DNA from: Malacoraja senta
Taxonomy: Eukaryota
Assembly: GCA_038087875.1 (NCBI GenBank)
Contig: CM075977.1
Location: forward strand, 127,844,001 to 127,908,000
DNA: 64,000 bases
Direction: 5' to 3'
The notes beneath the pieces were generated by a model that saw only the letters and a program-made list of their open reading frames with translations, made no database searches and was not told where the DNA came from. Position numbers and translations under genes: made by a program. This document shows, one piece after another, positions 12,479 to 25,200 of this stretch. Position 1 is the first letter of the stretch, and each line of letters opens with the position of its first letter.

Positions 12479-15069
12479 ACATTATGTAATAATTAAAGAG
12501 TTTTTTTTACAACATACATTTGAGTTGTGAACTGGATGTTAGGGAGATGGAGCCGTGGGAAAGAGATTGTGCCAACATCACACTATTTTACATTTTACAC
12601 AACCAGTGTTCGACTCTTGTATCCAAGAGTTTATATCAAAGGTGAGCTTCAAAAGGCACACGTAGGGCCAAAGAGGATCAACAAGGACACTGCCAGGAAA
12701 GAGAAGGCAGCAAACAGCACACTACTATTCATTTATTTCAGGGCATTATGCTTTGAATCAAATCAATGGTTGTGAGTACAATACTGGCCTCTCAATATGA
12801 ACTCATCAGGTTTATTTTTGCATAAAATATACTGTGGTGAATTTCTCAAGTTGAAATTATAAGAATGTATTAAAATTGCACTCGTAACAATCACACAGCA
12901 TGAACGTAAAGAAGGCATGAGAAACAGCAAACGAAGTTTGCTCGAAACATACAAAGTTAACAATTTATTTTAAAAAGTTGTTTTGAAGGAATGCATCAAT
13001 GCTAGTCAACTTAATAAAGTTCTGCAAATAGAGGACACAGAAGTTGAATGTGTATGCACCCTTGTTACACACTTTGGTCTAGTTCCTTCGGTAATTATCC
13101 AGCTACCATGCTAAACTCTAACCAACTTGCAAGTAGGTGTCGAAATGAAGAAAACTGTAAAAGCAAGTACAAAAAGTAATAAAAAGGAAGATTCATTCAG
13201 CACAGTTGATAAAAACCTTATTTCTATGACATGTTGACAATTATTAAACAGGTAAGAACACTCAATTCAACATGCATGACAAACTGAAAAATGTAAAAGA
13301 AAAGTAGTAATTAGAAACACTTGCGCCAAAAGGTTTCACTATCCTTCTGGCTTCACTTATTAAAGCAGTGTTACCACAGCAGGAGCCAGCCTGCTTTAAG
13401 ACTGCCTTGCCAATTCACTAACATTTACAATGTAGGTTTTGTGGAGCCTTGAATTGAGGCACTGACCAACTGGATAATTGATCAGATAATAGCCATTGCC
13501 CACCTGTCACCGATAGAAACATTATTACGTCCGTCTTTCCGAATTAGCCAGCAGGAATACTGTACGTTCAATTACAGTGCAGAAATAAAGATGAAAGGGA
13601 ACACACCCAGAGAAAAGTGGGTGAACTTGAAATGTTCTGCAATTGTTGCATGTTGGGAGGGGAGGATTGGCACAGCTGTGCGACTCATACGTCGCTGTGT
13701 CCAGATTTTTCCGGGACTCAAGCTTGAATATTCTGTGAGAGACAAATTATTCCAAATGGGCAGGAAAATTTAGCAGAAATAGATTTTTTTTTTAAAGTGG
13801 GGAATTATTTGCACATTACTAGCTAGAACTGTACATAATTGATGTTGTAAGGCACAAATTTACACATGGAAAAAGAGGCTTGCCACACAGATGTATTCCT
13901 AGTTAGAACCAGCATGATAGAAGTATGGTTGAAGCACTGTAACAGCTTGTCTTTCAGCAGCCTCCACCCATTGCTACCATTTGCTGTGCCACGTGCAAAA
14001 TTAAGTTTCGCTGCCACACGAGGTGCCAGTCTCTACTTTGCAAGTATGAATTACTGACAAAACCAACCTGCTGTTAAATGCTTAGACATCCTCTGAATAA
14101 TAGATAGCGCCTCCACCTGTGTGCACGGTTATCTGAGTTTCTTTCCTTTCCTGTTCGAGTCCTTAGGGGAACAAACTTGGACATTTTCATTGATGCACTC
14201 CCCCTTTCAGCTCACCATGAAATGAACCTGTCACAATAAAATAAATAGCCCCTTTCTTTGCTTCTCCCTTCCCTAAGCACTTTGATAACCCTACCAGCAG
14301 CTGAGTAGAAACACTGCACTCAGTTTGCCACCTCCATATTGTTAGTGGACAGTTATCTTTAAAAAAAAAAGTATTGAATGTCTCCAGTTAATTGACTTGA
14401 CTTAAATAATTACAAACATTACATTTTAGACTTTTTTCAGATTTTTTTTTAAAGAATATCCATAAATTCATTTGAAGGAGTCAGTCATATTTGAAATAGC
14501 ACTTAAATAATAAATACCAGGAGCTATTAGTGTTAATAGTCACATTAATCATTACAAGGACAATAGCAGAGATGTAGGCCAAAGCCTTGCCAAAATGGCT
14601 GATATCTGCTTCAGCCAAGCGAATGTAACACTGAGAGGCATTTCACAGTATCTGAGACTATCTGCAAACAGTAAACTTCAGCTATTGTTAAGTCTGAGTC
14701 AACATCTTCAGTGCTTTGTTTTTGAAACTCATCTCCCTAAAGGGCAGTTGCCGTAGAGTCAAGGAGACATTACACGTTTGCCGCAGTTTTGTGCTTTAGG
14801 CTCATCGTCCCATTGTTCTGTTCATGTGCATCAATCATAAATCCCCGTAGATGGAAGTTCCACAGCTGCTAACCCCACCTTTCAACTGCTGAGTTCAGTA
14901 GCTGCATCAATCGCAAGTAAATATTCCACTTTTCCCAGGGAGAAGGGATAAGTATCCTCAGCTTAACAACAGCTCTTCTTTTAAAAAGAAAAACACAAAA
15001 CTAGTGTTGCAGTTGCAAAGCACTGACTCAGAAAGCAGGGCCCACACCATTTTGTACTTCCCACTGTGA
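12450..15069 (-). other. SEMA6A: SEMA6A 3' UTR (about 2.6 kb, no recognisable repeats)
   Basis: Unique AU-rich sequence between the stop and the distal AATAAA; TE-free, unlike the flanks. Confidence 0.7.
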
Positions 15070-16244
15070 TTATGTACATGTGTCATTTGCTTTGATGGAA
15101 GCTGAATGGGGACCAAATGTGGGTTTTGGTGGAACATCTGGTTTTATGGAGGGCGTGCGTTTGAGCCCCAGTCTTGGCAGAGAGTTGTATGGTGCTGTGA
15201 TGCTGGATCTCCTAGACACGGTCACAGCCTGCGTCTGAGATTGGCCTGCATTAACCAGCATGGAGTCTACTCTTTGCGGTGCAGGGGGAGGGTTCTCTCC
15301 TCTGTTAAAACTCTGGTTTCTGGAGAGGTGGGAGGAATTGGAAGAGTTAGTATTGTAGTTTCGTTTGAAGGCAGATGTTTGAGGATTTCTCTGCAATGAA
15401 TTGCTGGGATAGTTTCGCTTGTATTCGATTGCATACGAAGGGGAAGGAACATCCAGCCGTTTGCTCAGAGCATTCTGAGTCAGCCCAGAATTAGCGGAAC
15501 CGAGTGAGGCTTCTCTCTGAGGAACTTTAGGTGGCACATGGTCATGGTTTGCAACCAAACCATGGCAGGGACTTTTTATACTTCTGTATTCCAGTGTGGC
15601 GTTCTGATCTTCAATAGTGATTTGCGCCATTTCCGATCGGTGCCCTTGATCGCCATAGTCGTGCTGGAAGCTCTGCTGCGTGGTAGGGAGGACCACAACA
15701 CTCGGAATGTGGTTGGGGGAGGCACGGAGGGGAAGATCCATGGCAATCACTGGCGACCCCATGGAGGCCAGGTCTTTAGTGCAGGCATTGATTAGGTTCT
15801 GGTTCCTCTCCCACTGGCTGCTGCCACGGCTCAGCTTTCGCTTTTGCTGCAAGGTTGGCGTTGACTCTGGAGTGGGCAGGGCCGTCAGATCCAAATGGTG
15901 CTGATCGGCTTTAATCAGTATCTTAGTCGTCCCGTTTGGTGTTACGATTTTACCGTTGTGCATCAGTGGAGTGAGCAGAGCTTCTGGCTTTGGATCCTTT
16001 GTCTGAGCATCAAACAGGACCCCGAGCTTCGTGACACTGGCCATGGAATCCTTGCGAGATCGAGGCAAGTCTTTCTCTTTCCTTTGGTCCACATCAATGT
16101 CTCGGCGGCGGTGATCGCAAATGCAGTAAACAATTATTCCTGAGAAAATTGCCCCCATGACAAAGGCGAGAATAACTGCAATAGCCAAAAGGGTGACTGG
16201 AACAAGCTGATCATGACCCTTGAGGTAACTTTCACGGATTACTC
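15070..16244 (-). CDS. SEMA6A: SEMA6A terminal coding exon: TM helix and proline-rich cytoplasmic tail, stop TAA at 15070-15072
   Basis: ttcAG|GA GTA ATC CGT; hydrophobic [25 protein letters not shown]; [20 protein letters not shown] and KPDVPPKP motifs; ends KANDTCT*. Confidence 0.97.
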
Positions 16245-19200
16245 CTGAAACATTAGATAGTAGACAGAATTTAGTTGACAGGAAAATAATTCCTATTCTC
16301 TTATAAACACAAAAGACATTGTTAACTTTAATATGTATGTGATTATTGTCATTTCCAATAATTAGATTATCTTCACCTCCAAGGGTAACCCCAAAGAATA
16401 AAATGATATATACCAAACAGTCAATCAAAATCTGGCAAGATAATAAAACACCTTTAGTACCTTTGAAACCTTTTTATGCAATAAAGTACAAAGAAAAATA
16501 ATTAAAAATTCAAACCGAACATTTGCCAATTTTCTGTTGCTCCAATGAGTGAAACGCCAGCCAAGGTCTGATTATGCAGTTTTACAGACCAGGAAAGGCC
16601 AGCTCCTGGTCCCAGTGTACGATGAGCAATAAATCTTAAATAGGCTACGTGTGGAAATGCCATCATTGGTTTTGCTCCTGGACTAGCAAGGATGAATTAC
16701 AAATGTGTTCAGACTTTGACACTGACAGCAATCTTCTTCCCTGACTCCACTTTCACATCCGATCCCCACATCCCTTGATTGCTCTGGAAACCAAATACCT
16801 ATCAACTAGCCTTGAATATATTTAATGACTGAGCATCCGCACCTCTCTGAGATTGAGTCTTCCAACTGTTTACCATCCTCTGAGTAATCCACCTTCCTAA
16901 CCTAAATCCTAATTGTCCAAGCACTTTATCCTGAAACCATGCTTCCCTAGTTCTTGATTCCAATTAAGAGAAACAACCTCATAGAATTCACTCTGTCAAG
17001 CCTCTTCTTAAATTTAGACACAAGGAACTGCAGATGCTGGAATCCTGATTAAAACACAAAGTGCTGGAGTAACTCAGCGGGTCAGGCAGCATCTCTGAAG
17101 GACATGGATAGACGATGTTCAAGTTCGGGACCATTCTTCAGATCCTGAAGTCTGAAGAAGAGTCCTGAATCAGATCTGACCTTGCTTCCAGAAATGCTGC
17201 CTGATGTGCCAAGTTGCAACAGCACTTTGTGTATTAATATTGTTATATTTAACGGGATCATCACTCCTTCTTCTATACCCAAAATCATATAATCCTATTC
17301 TATTTAATCTATTTCAAATTTCAATCTCAGTTGTTCTAGAGTAAATAGTCAGAACCTTTTTCCCCAGCATGGAAATGTCAAACTCTAGATGGCATAGATT
17401 TAAGGTGAGTGGCAAAGTTTAAAGGGGATGTGTGCTGTAAGTATTTTTTATACAGAATGGTCAGTGGATGGAACATGAGGTGATGATAGAGGCAGGTACG
17501 ATCTTGGCATTTAAGACGCTTTTACATAGGCACATTGACCGTGGGCCGAGGTGCTTTTTCATTTCATTTCATGGCCCAAATCACGTATCTACCTGTATTT
17601 ATAACATATTGTGTAAAAATATTATAGAAATCATACCTGAAACTCGTCAAGAACAAAACCTGCACATATTTTTAAAATATGAGAAAAAACTCCAATTTTC
17701 CAAGTAGTAATTGTCCAATCAAAGCACGTTTGACATTGGGTCGGACGCCAATTGACCAATCACGCGCTTTGTTTCATGCTAGCTAGGCAGCGAGCACACT
17801 GGGATCATGACTGCCTGCTAATAACATCACAACAATAGCAAGGTTTCGAAGGAAGAAAGGTAATGCACCACTTGCTGATAATTTTGTTTTATAACTGATT
17901 TATCTTTGTAAAGTTATGATGCTGTGAAATGTGAAATAAAACTGATAAATAAAAATGTAGAGCTCGGGTTAGGATCAGGGTTAGGGTCAGGGTTAGGGCT
18001 AGGGTTAGTGTCAGGGTCAGGGTTAGGGTTAGGCATTTTCCTCTCAGTGGAAGAGGGTTAGGGTTCGGGTTAGGGCAGGGGTCGGCAACCTACGGCCCAC
18101 GGGCCAGATCCTGCCATAACCAGAAAACATCCAGCCCGCAGGCATTTTTTTTTCTCTGAGGACTTCTGTGACGGAGCCGGCGCTATGGGGGTGCTGAAGG
18201 CGGCCCTGGGCCAAGCTGACCAGCAGGGTGGAAGAGAAGGGATCAGTCAGTCGGTTGGGCTGTCAGCCAGCCGGTGGATGCAGTGAGGGGCCAGTCGGGC
18301 TGTCGGCCGGCCTGTGTTGCAGCGAGTGAGTGAGCGGGCGGACTGACGGAGCTGGCGTTATGGGGGTGCTGAAGGTGGCCCGGGCTGCATGCAGGGCAGT
18401 GCGGCTCCCCACCATGTTGAGATTCGGTGTAATCGTGGTGTCGGGTGGGCTGCTGCTCTGATGATCCAGAAGGGCATGCTGGCCGAGGTGGACGCGCTGA
18501 GCGGCCACACGTACGGAGCCCGGAGCCGATCCCAAAGCGGTCCAGCTCCAACCGTGGGCAGCTCTGGAAGGGGGGCGAGTTAGGGTTAGGCATTTTCCTC
18601 TCAGTGTAAGATACCTTAGCCTTCCCCCAGCCTGGCACTGCCCCAGTCCCACTATGGCTTGACCCCCACTCCGCACACTGGCAGTCAGTGGGATTCAGTA
18701 AACTGGGGAACGCACCGGATCTACCCTCACCCATTAATTAGGCGGGTTCAGGAGCCAGTGAAACCCGGGACCTCTGCGGCAGTCCCGTATTCAATATTCC
18801 CATATACAGCTATATATTATTGAGCACAAGAGGGTGCTGTTACTTTTTCTAATTAGCTTAATTAATTAGTGTGCAACTTTTTGCACTGACGAGTTATGAA
18901 TTCCTTATCAATTATGTTTTATCTAAAGCTGTGCCAGATTTCAAGTAGATTACAGACATGGGTCACGAAAGTTAAAATCTAAAGCCCTTTTGGCACCTCG
19001 GCCCACGGCCTAACATGGATATGCAGGATTATGAAGTATATGAATCAGATGCAGGCAGAGAAATTAGTTAGCTTTGCATCATGTTTGGCATAAACAATGT
19101 GAGCCGAAGGGCCTGTTCCTGTGCTGTACTTTATGTTCTAAACATTTCCTGCCTCGACTTTCAGGTCAGTGCATCCTTCCTAAATTAAGGAGAACAAAAC

Positions 19201-22200
19201 TATATTCGTTGGACCAGATATGATCTCATCAAAGCCTGGAGAAAGATTTCCTTACTTTGGCCCTCCAACTCCCCTGAAATTAAAAAAATAACTCTTCTTG
19301 CTACTTCCACATTCTGCGTGCTAACCTTCTGCAGTTGATGTATGTGATACAACAAGTGTTTTGCTGCTAAAGATTGGACATTGAGATAAAGTGCTTGTAT
19401 TTCTAGATCTACAATTTATTCAGTTATCCTTTCAGGTGTGGAAGGGAAAAACCTCTTCAATAATGACTTGCTACTTTTTTAATGGAGCGACTCCATTTAC
19501 ACTATAATGTTTCAATTTCACACATACATGGAGCAGATTTTTTTCTCAATAATTGCTAGCTCTGACCCCATATCTGCCTGATTCCAGTTTAAGTGAGTGG
19601 CCAAGGAACACAAAGAATGGAGCATAATTTATGAAATTGGAAGGCTATTCACTCTAGTATGAAAAACAGTAAGAGAGTCTGTTTTAACTGGTAAGAATCT
19701 TGTGAAAGGTGCAAATGTGAAATGCATTTGTTTAGTTTAGTTTAGAGATACAGCCCGGAAACAGGCCCTTTGGCCTACTAAGTCCGCACGGACCACCGAT
19801 CCCCGCTGCACTAGCACACACGACACACAATGCCAATTAACCTACAAACCTGCACGTCTTTGGAATGTGGGAGGAAACTGGAGCACCTGGGGAAAACCCG
19901 TGTGGTCACAGACACTCCACACAGACAGCACAGGCTTAGAAACATAGAAATTCAAATTTATGTAAATTGAGACCTCCCATAAATAGTAGGCCAGACTTAT
20001 TAATTCACTAAAAAAAATCACAAGATGTTTCTCAATGCAATGCAAGTTCAATAATGACTAAAACTGAAAATCAGGAAATCCTACTGGAGTTACACAAAGT
20101 CAGCTATTTGTATTAGGGCATCCCCCATGTATCTAATGTGGAAGAGTATGTTGGCCCTTATTGCAAAGAGTTAGGGGCAGAAGAGTAAAGAAATTTAGCT
20201 GCAATTGCACAGGGCATTCGAAGATCATCAACTCAGTGAAAGACATTCTTTGGTGTGCCCGAAACACGTTGGCCTCCCAGCACAGTGAGATATCTGTCAG
20301 TGAATGTTGCTGACTAGCCCATTCCAGACTAGTACATGCTCAAGGACTCGCTGAAGCTCGGTGCAGCCAACGCCAAGGCACTGTGGGGGAGAACCACAGT
20401 TTAGGGTACTTCCGCTGCTGGACATTGAGGGGCAGAGTCCAGTGGGGACTCCCCTCAAGCAAGAAGAGGGATGTCATCCCTGCGGGCCACATGGGTGGCA
20501 AGGGTGTTTTGTTTAAAGATAGGTGCGAACACTACTAAGCATGACACTAATGAATGTATAGATGCTAAAAATGTCTGAAGAGATTTTGTAGTTATTTCTT
20601 TGTATTCTGAATTTTTATTCTGAATAAAAATTAATTTTCAGAAATTTAAAAAATGGTAGGACCATAATGAAACACTGTTTCCTTTGCCACAGACGTAGCC
20701 CGACCTGCTGAGTATTTCCACCATTTCCTATTTTCGAATTTCAGTATTTGCTGTTTAATTTTTCATTTTCATTTTCTTGGCAAGACCATGCCTAGAAAAT
20801 CATTTGAATCTTGGTCCTGTTAGCTAATTACACCTGTTTTAGATATAATGCACTGTAGATTAACTAGATTGATTCCTGTAATGATGGGTTGTGCTCAAAC
20901 AGAGATTGAGTAGCATCAATCACTTATCCGTGTTCTCGAGATGCTGCCTGACCCATTGAGTTACTCCAGCACTTCGTGTCCCGATGAAAATTAACCAGCA
21001 TCTGTAGTTCTTTGTTTCTACTTGTAATTAAATCAGTTGTTTTGCATTTACATATAAACTTTTACAGAATATATAGAACATTGTGGGAAGTCAAATACTG
21101 TAGGAGTATAATGTATTCTGTAAATGATAGGGTGCAAGGGATATCAATGAACAGAGGGACTTAGGGGTTCAAATCCATTGTTCACTGAAAGTAGCAACAG
21201 GGTAGTCAAGAAAGCATGCAGCTTACTTGTCTTCAGAGGTCAAGGCATAGAATATAAAGGTTGGGGTGTTTATGTTGCAACTTTAGAAAACAATGATTAA
21301 ACTGCACTTGGAGTATTGTGTGCAGTTCTGGTGGCCACATTATAGGATGGATGTGGTTTTGTTGAAGAACATGCAGAGGAGATCGACTAAGATGTTGTCT
21401 GGATTGGAGGATTTTAGTTATTTTTCCTGGAGCACATGAAGCTGATGAATGACCTGATGGATGAATGTAAAATTATAGGAGGCATAGATAGGTTAGACAT
21501 CAGAATCTTTTTTCCAGGGTGGAAATATCAAAGACTGGATGACATAGTTTTAAGGTGATGGGCAGGGCAAGTTGTTTCGTAGAGAGAATGGTGGGTGCAT
21601 GGAACCGGCGGCCAGGAGTGGTGGCAGACACAAGAGTGTCATTTAAAAGGCTTTTAGATAGGCACATGGAGTTGCAGGGAATGGAGAGATATGGATCACA
21701 TGCAGCCCGAGGTGAATAGTTGGCATCATGTTCATGGCATACCCATGACACGTACATTGTAGACCGAAGGGCCTGGTCCTGTGCTGTATTGTTCTATAGA
21801 CACAAAAAGCTGGAGTAACACAGCGGAACAGGCAGCATCTCTGCTGAGAAGGAATGGGTGATGTTTCGGGTCGAGACTTGAGCCAAAATGTCACCCATTC
21901 CATCGCTCCAGAAATGCTGCCTGTTCCCGCTGAGTTACTTCAGCTTTTTGTGTTTATCTTCGATATAAACCAGCATCTGCAGTTCCTTCCTACACTGTTT
22001 TGTTCTATGTTCCGTGGTCAACATAAAGATGAGTCCTCTGCAGTCAGTTTCATTGAAGGCTGAAATTGGCTTTGCATTCCTAACATGGGAAGAGAAAGCA
22101 TTTGACCAGATGAGCTGCAGAGTTGAAACTAAATAGGAGAAAAAGCTGCAGCTCAAGTAGAAAACAGTACATTTGAGCTGCAGAGTTTGTCAGGTTGGAA

Positions 22201-25200
22201 TTTAGCAAGCGGCATCCACTAGAGATCCTTCCCTCGTGTCTTCTATTCAAAATGTTGCACATTTCTTTCAATGGAAAATACTTTAATATTATGCACTAAT
22301 TTCTGTTCAGGTCATTTGTGCAGATTATCCAGTCGGATATTTTATTTGAACGGCAACATGTTTCTTGTGGTTTCAGGGTTTCAAGTTGTTGAACCCAGCT
22401 GCTGAGTAAACAAATCATACGGATGTTACAATAATGATATTGGTTGGAGAGAACATCCTTCAGGTAACAGCAGAATTCGAATTTCAGAAAAAGTATATTT
22501 TGCAATTGAAGTTACTGTACATTAAAATGAATGCTGATGGTCACAAAATGGAATTACCATTAAATGTAAACCAGTGAACACATTTCCAGTGAAATACCAG
22601 TAAATCATTTGAAGGTTCTTATCTCCCTTCAACATGCCTGATGATAAGTTGGGCCGAAGGGCCTGTTTCTGTGCTGGATGACTATGATTCTATGACAGTG
22701 TAACAGACGATCTAGTTGTTTTCAGCTTGCTGTTTTCTGGAAGTATGCTGCATGCAGATTCCGTGTCCAGTTTTGAGCATCACAAGAGTAGTTACAAGAC
22801 ATAGGTTTGGTTGTTTCAGCAAGCACCTAATCACCAAAAAGTCATCAACTTACCATAAGACAGCTGATACTACCCAGAAATATTGAATGTTGCTGACTGC
22901 AACCCTAAATTCACCTCACCCAACACTCATGCATAAGGCCATGGACTCGGCAATCTGTCCTTAATTTTAACTAATAAGGTCCTTTATCCCGTGCTAACAG
23001 CTAAATTCCAATTTGCACAAATAATTAATCAATACTTCCCAGTCTGATGAACTATTATTAATCCTTGCTCATTTTCTTTGACCATAAACCAAGATCTCCA
23101 GTCGATTATGTGGCAAATTGTGGGGGGGGGGGGGGGGTGACTAGAGGGAAGATCAAAGAGATCTGATGATATTTGGCCCTGCTCCATTCATGGGACTAGT
23201 CACTGGACCGAGAATGTTTGTCAGGCATTAGGTCACGACGTCTGAAACAACACAGTCCAGGAAAGGATACCTGATGGAATAAGTTAACTCTTGAGGAGGC
23301 AGGAAGCCAGGATATCTTCTGTTATACAGTTAATAGAGGCTTAGTGGCAATTCACATAGTTTCCATTTACTTCATATTTCAAATAAAATTAATTGAAGCT
23401 CAAAAACAGTGCTGCCTGTATAATGTTCACCAAAATTGCATATGAATCACAGATCATAAACACACTTAGTTATGAAGCATTGTCCAGGTGACAACCTGTA
23501 ATAATCATAATGAATAATCCCAGAATATAAAACAATAATGCAGCACTTCAGATCAATGGAAGCTGACAGCTGTGACTAATATTTGTCACCTTAAATTGTG
23601 CACAAAATGATTGAGCATCTGTTTTAACAGCATGTAATTCCAGTGACCAGAAGTGCATTAAATGTAACAGTTGAAAAAGGGGATAAATTGACTATAAAGA
23701 CTTCTTAATTTACAGATTGTAACACTGAAACAGACAAATACATTTCATTAACATGTCCTGCAAAAATGGACATTTCTGTCAAGCTACAACATGTAGGAAT
23801 CTAATTGTAAGAGCATTGCCCTTATTTTTTAGGTCAAACACGATTTAATCTTGATCTAGAGTTCAACTCTTTTTCACCAACCTCTTAATTAGTGAAGAAA
23901 TATAAAAATTAGGGAGAAGATGGTGAAAAGCCTGAGGCACAAAGCACAGTTTCTCATTTATGCTTAAGCAGTAAAGTACAGATGGCTTAACAATGCAGTC
24001 CTGGATAAACAAAATTCAAGCTGAAACTACTGTGATAGATTGCAGTCGGCAACTTTATCTGGAGACATACTTGTCCAATACTTCATGATTATGAAGGGCA
24101 CACAGATAAAAAATTGCAAGTGTGAAAGAAATTCTCTGGACTTTATCTTGTAAACCAGCAATTCTCAGCCATTACCAGTATGAACTATAATATTTGTATC
24201 GACTAGGAAGAGACTGCAGAGGCTCCAGACATCTGGCAACTGAGATAAGTAGGGAAAAAGAGTGGCTATCCTTGACTTAGGCAATTGAGAGATATCAAAA
24301 AACTACTAAACAAGGGTTACAAGGACATGCAGACATAAATCACAACATAGAAAAAAAGAAGGGTCAAATCCTAAAGGAGGGAATAATGAAATGGGTGTTT
24401 ATGTTCCATCAACTGTTTCTCCTATTTCTGTGGTTAGTAATGAATCATACAACATACAGTAAGGCCTTACAACATTTCATACAAGGGGATGAAATGTTCA
24501 GTGGGAGGGTGGTCTTCAATACAATGGCAGCAGAAGGGAAGGTTAGGCTGGAAGGTTAAATTCGTTTTTTGCTAAAGGGTTCACACTATTAGTTCACCAC
24601 ACAGAAAGGCAGCAGAAAGAAGCATACTCTGAAAGATTTTCATTAAAATAATTTAAAGAAATAAAAGTTTCTTTATTTCTTTAAAAAAAGAAAATAAAGT
24701 TTCTTTATTTCGCCAATGTTTGAAGAAATGAAAGCAAAGGCTGTTTTTGTAGCCTTTTTGAAAAGTTTCAGAGTATTTGATATCAGAAGCTGCTGCACAC
24801 ACATATAATGTCTCACCCACATAAACTGGCCTGTCTGATCATTTCACAAATCCTGCAGCATGTAAGTATTTTCTTTGAAAAAATCAAAAAGCCAAAAGAG
24901 ACTAATCATGTGGGTGCAACATCTCCAAGGAGCCAGTGTATGACACAGAAAGATATAGGTTAAATTGAGCAAAGGTTTGCTTTAAAAAAAAAAGTAGCTG
25001 TGCAGACATTGCGAGAGGTACATTCACATTGCACGTGCATTTTCTCAAAGATAGTAATGGGAGGCAAATTAGCAAATGAGGAGTATAAGGTTCCAAGATT
25101 GAACTCCATGCGGCATTGTGCAAATTAAACAACGCAATCCTCAAATGGTAACAGAAAAAAAATCATACCACATTAACAGTAGAAATAAACAAAAAAAATA

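Noticed and set aside
16245-16428. N-terminal 60 aa of the 452-aa ORF, including a signal-peptide-like hydrophobic start
   Set aside because: Intronic read-through upstream of the TTTCAG acceptor at 16245; Sema6A homology starts at GVIRESY and the ORF has no ATG start.
17964-18075. Chromosome-fusion or true telomere relic
   Set aside because: Short, single-orientation array enclosed within TIRs and a TSD; no head-to-head TTAGGG/CCCTAA junction.
18243-18734. 163-aa and 137-aa ORFs
   Set aside because: Low-complexity GC-rich interior of a non-autonomous transposon; no transposase motifs.
23271-23318. 48-nt AG...GT segment in the last intron
   Set aside because: In-frame TAA, poor pyrimidine tract and weak donor.
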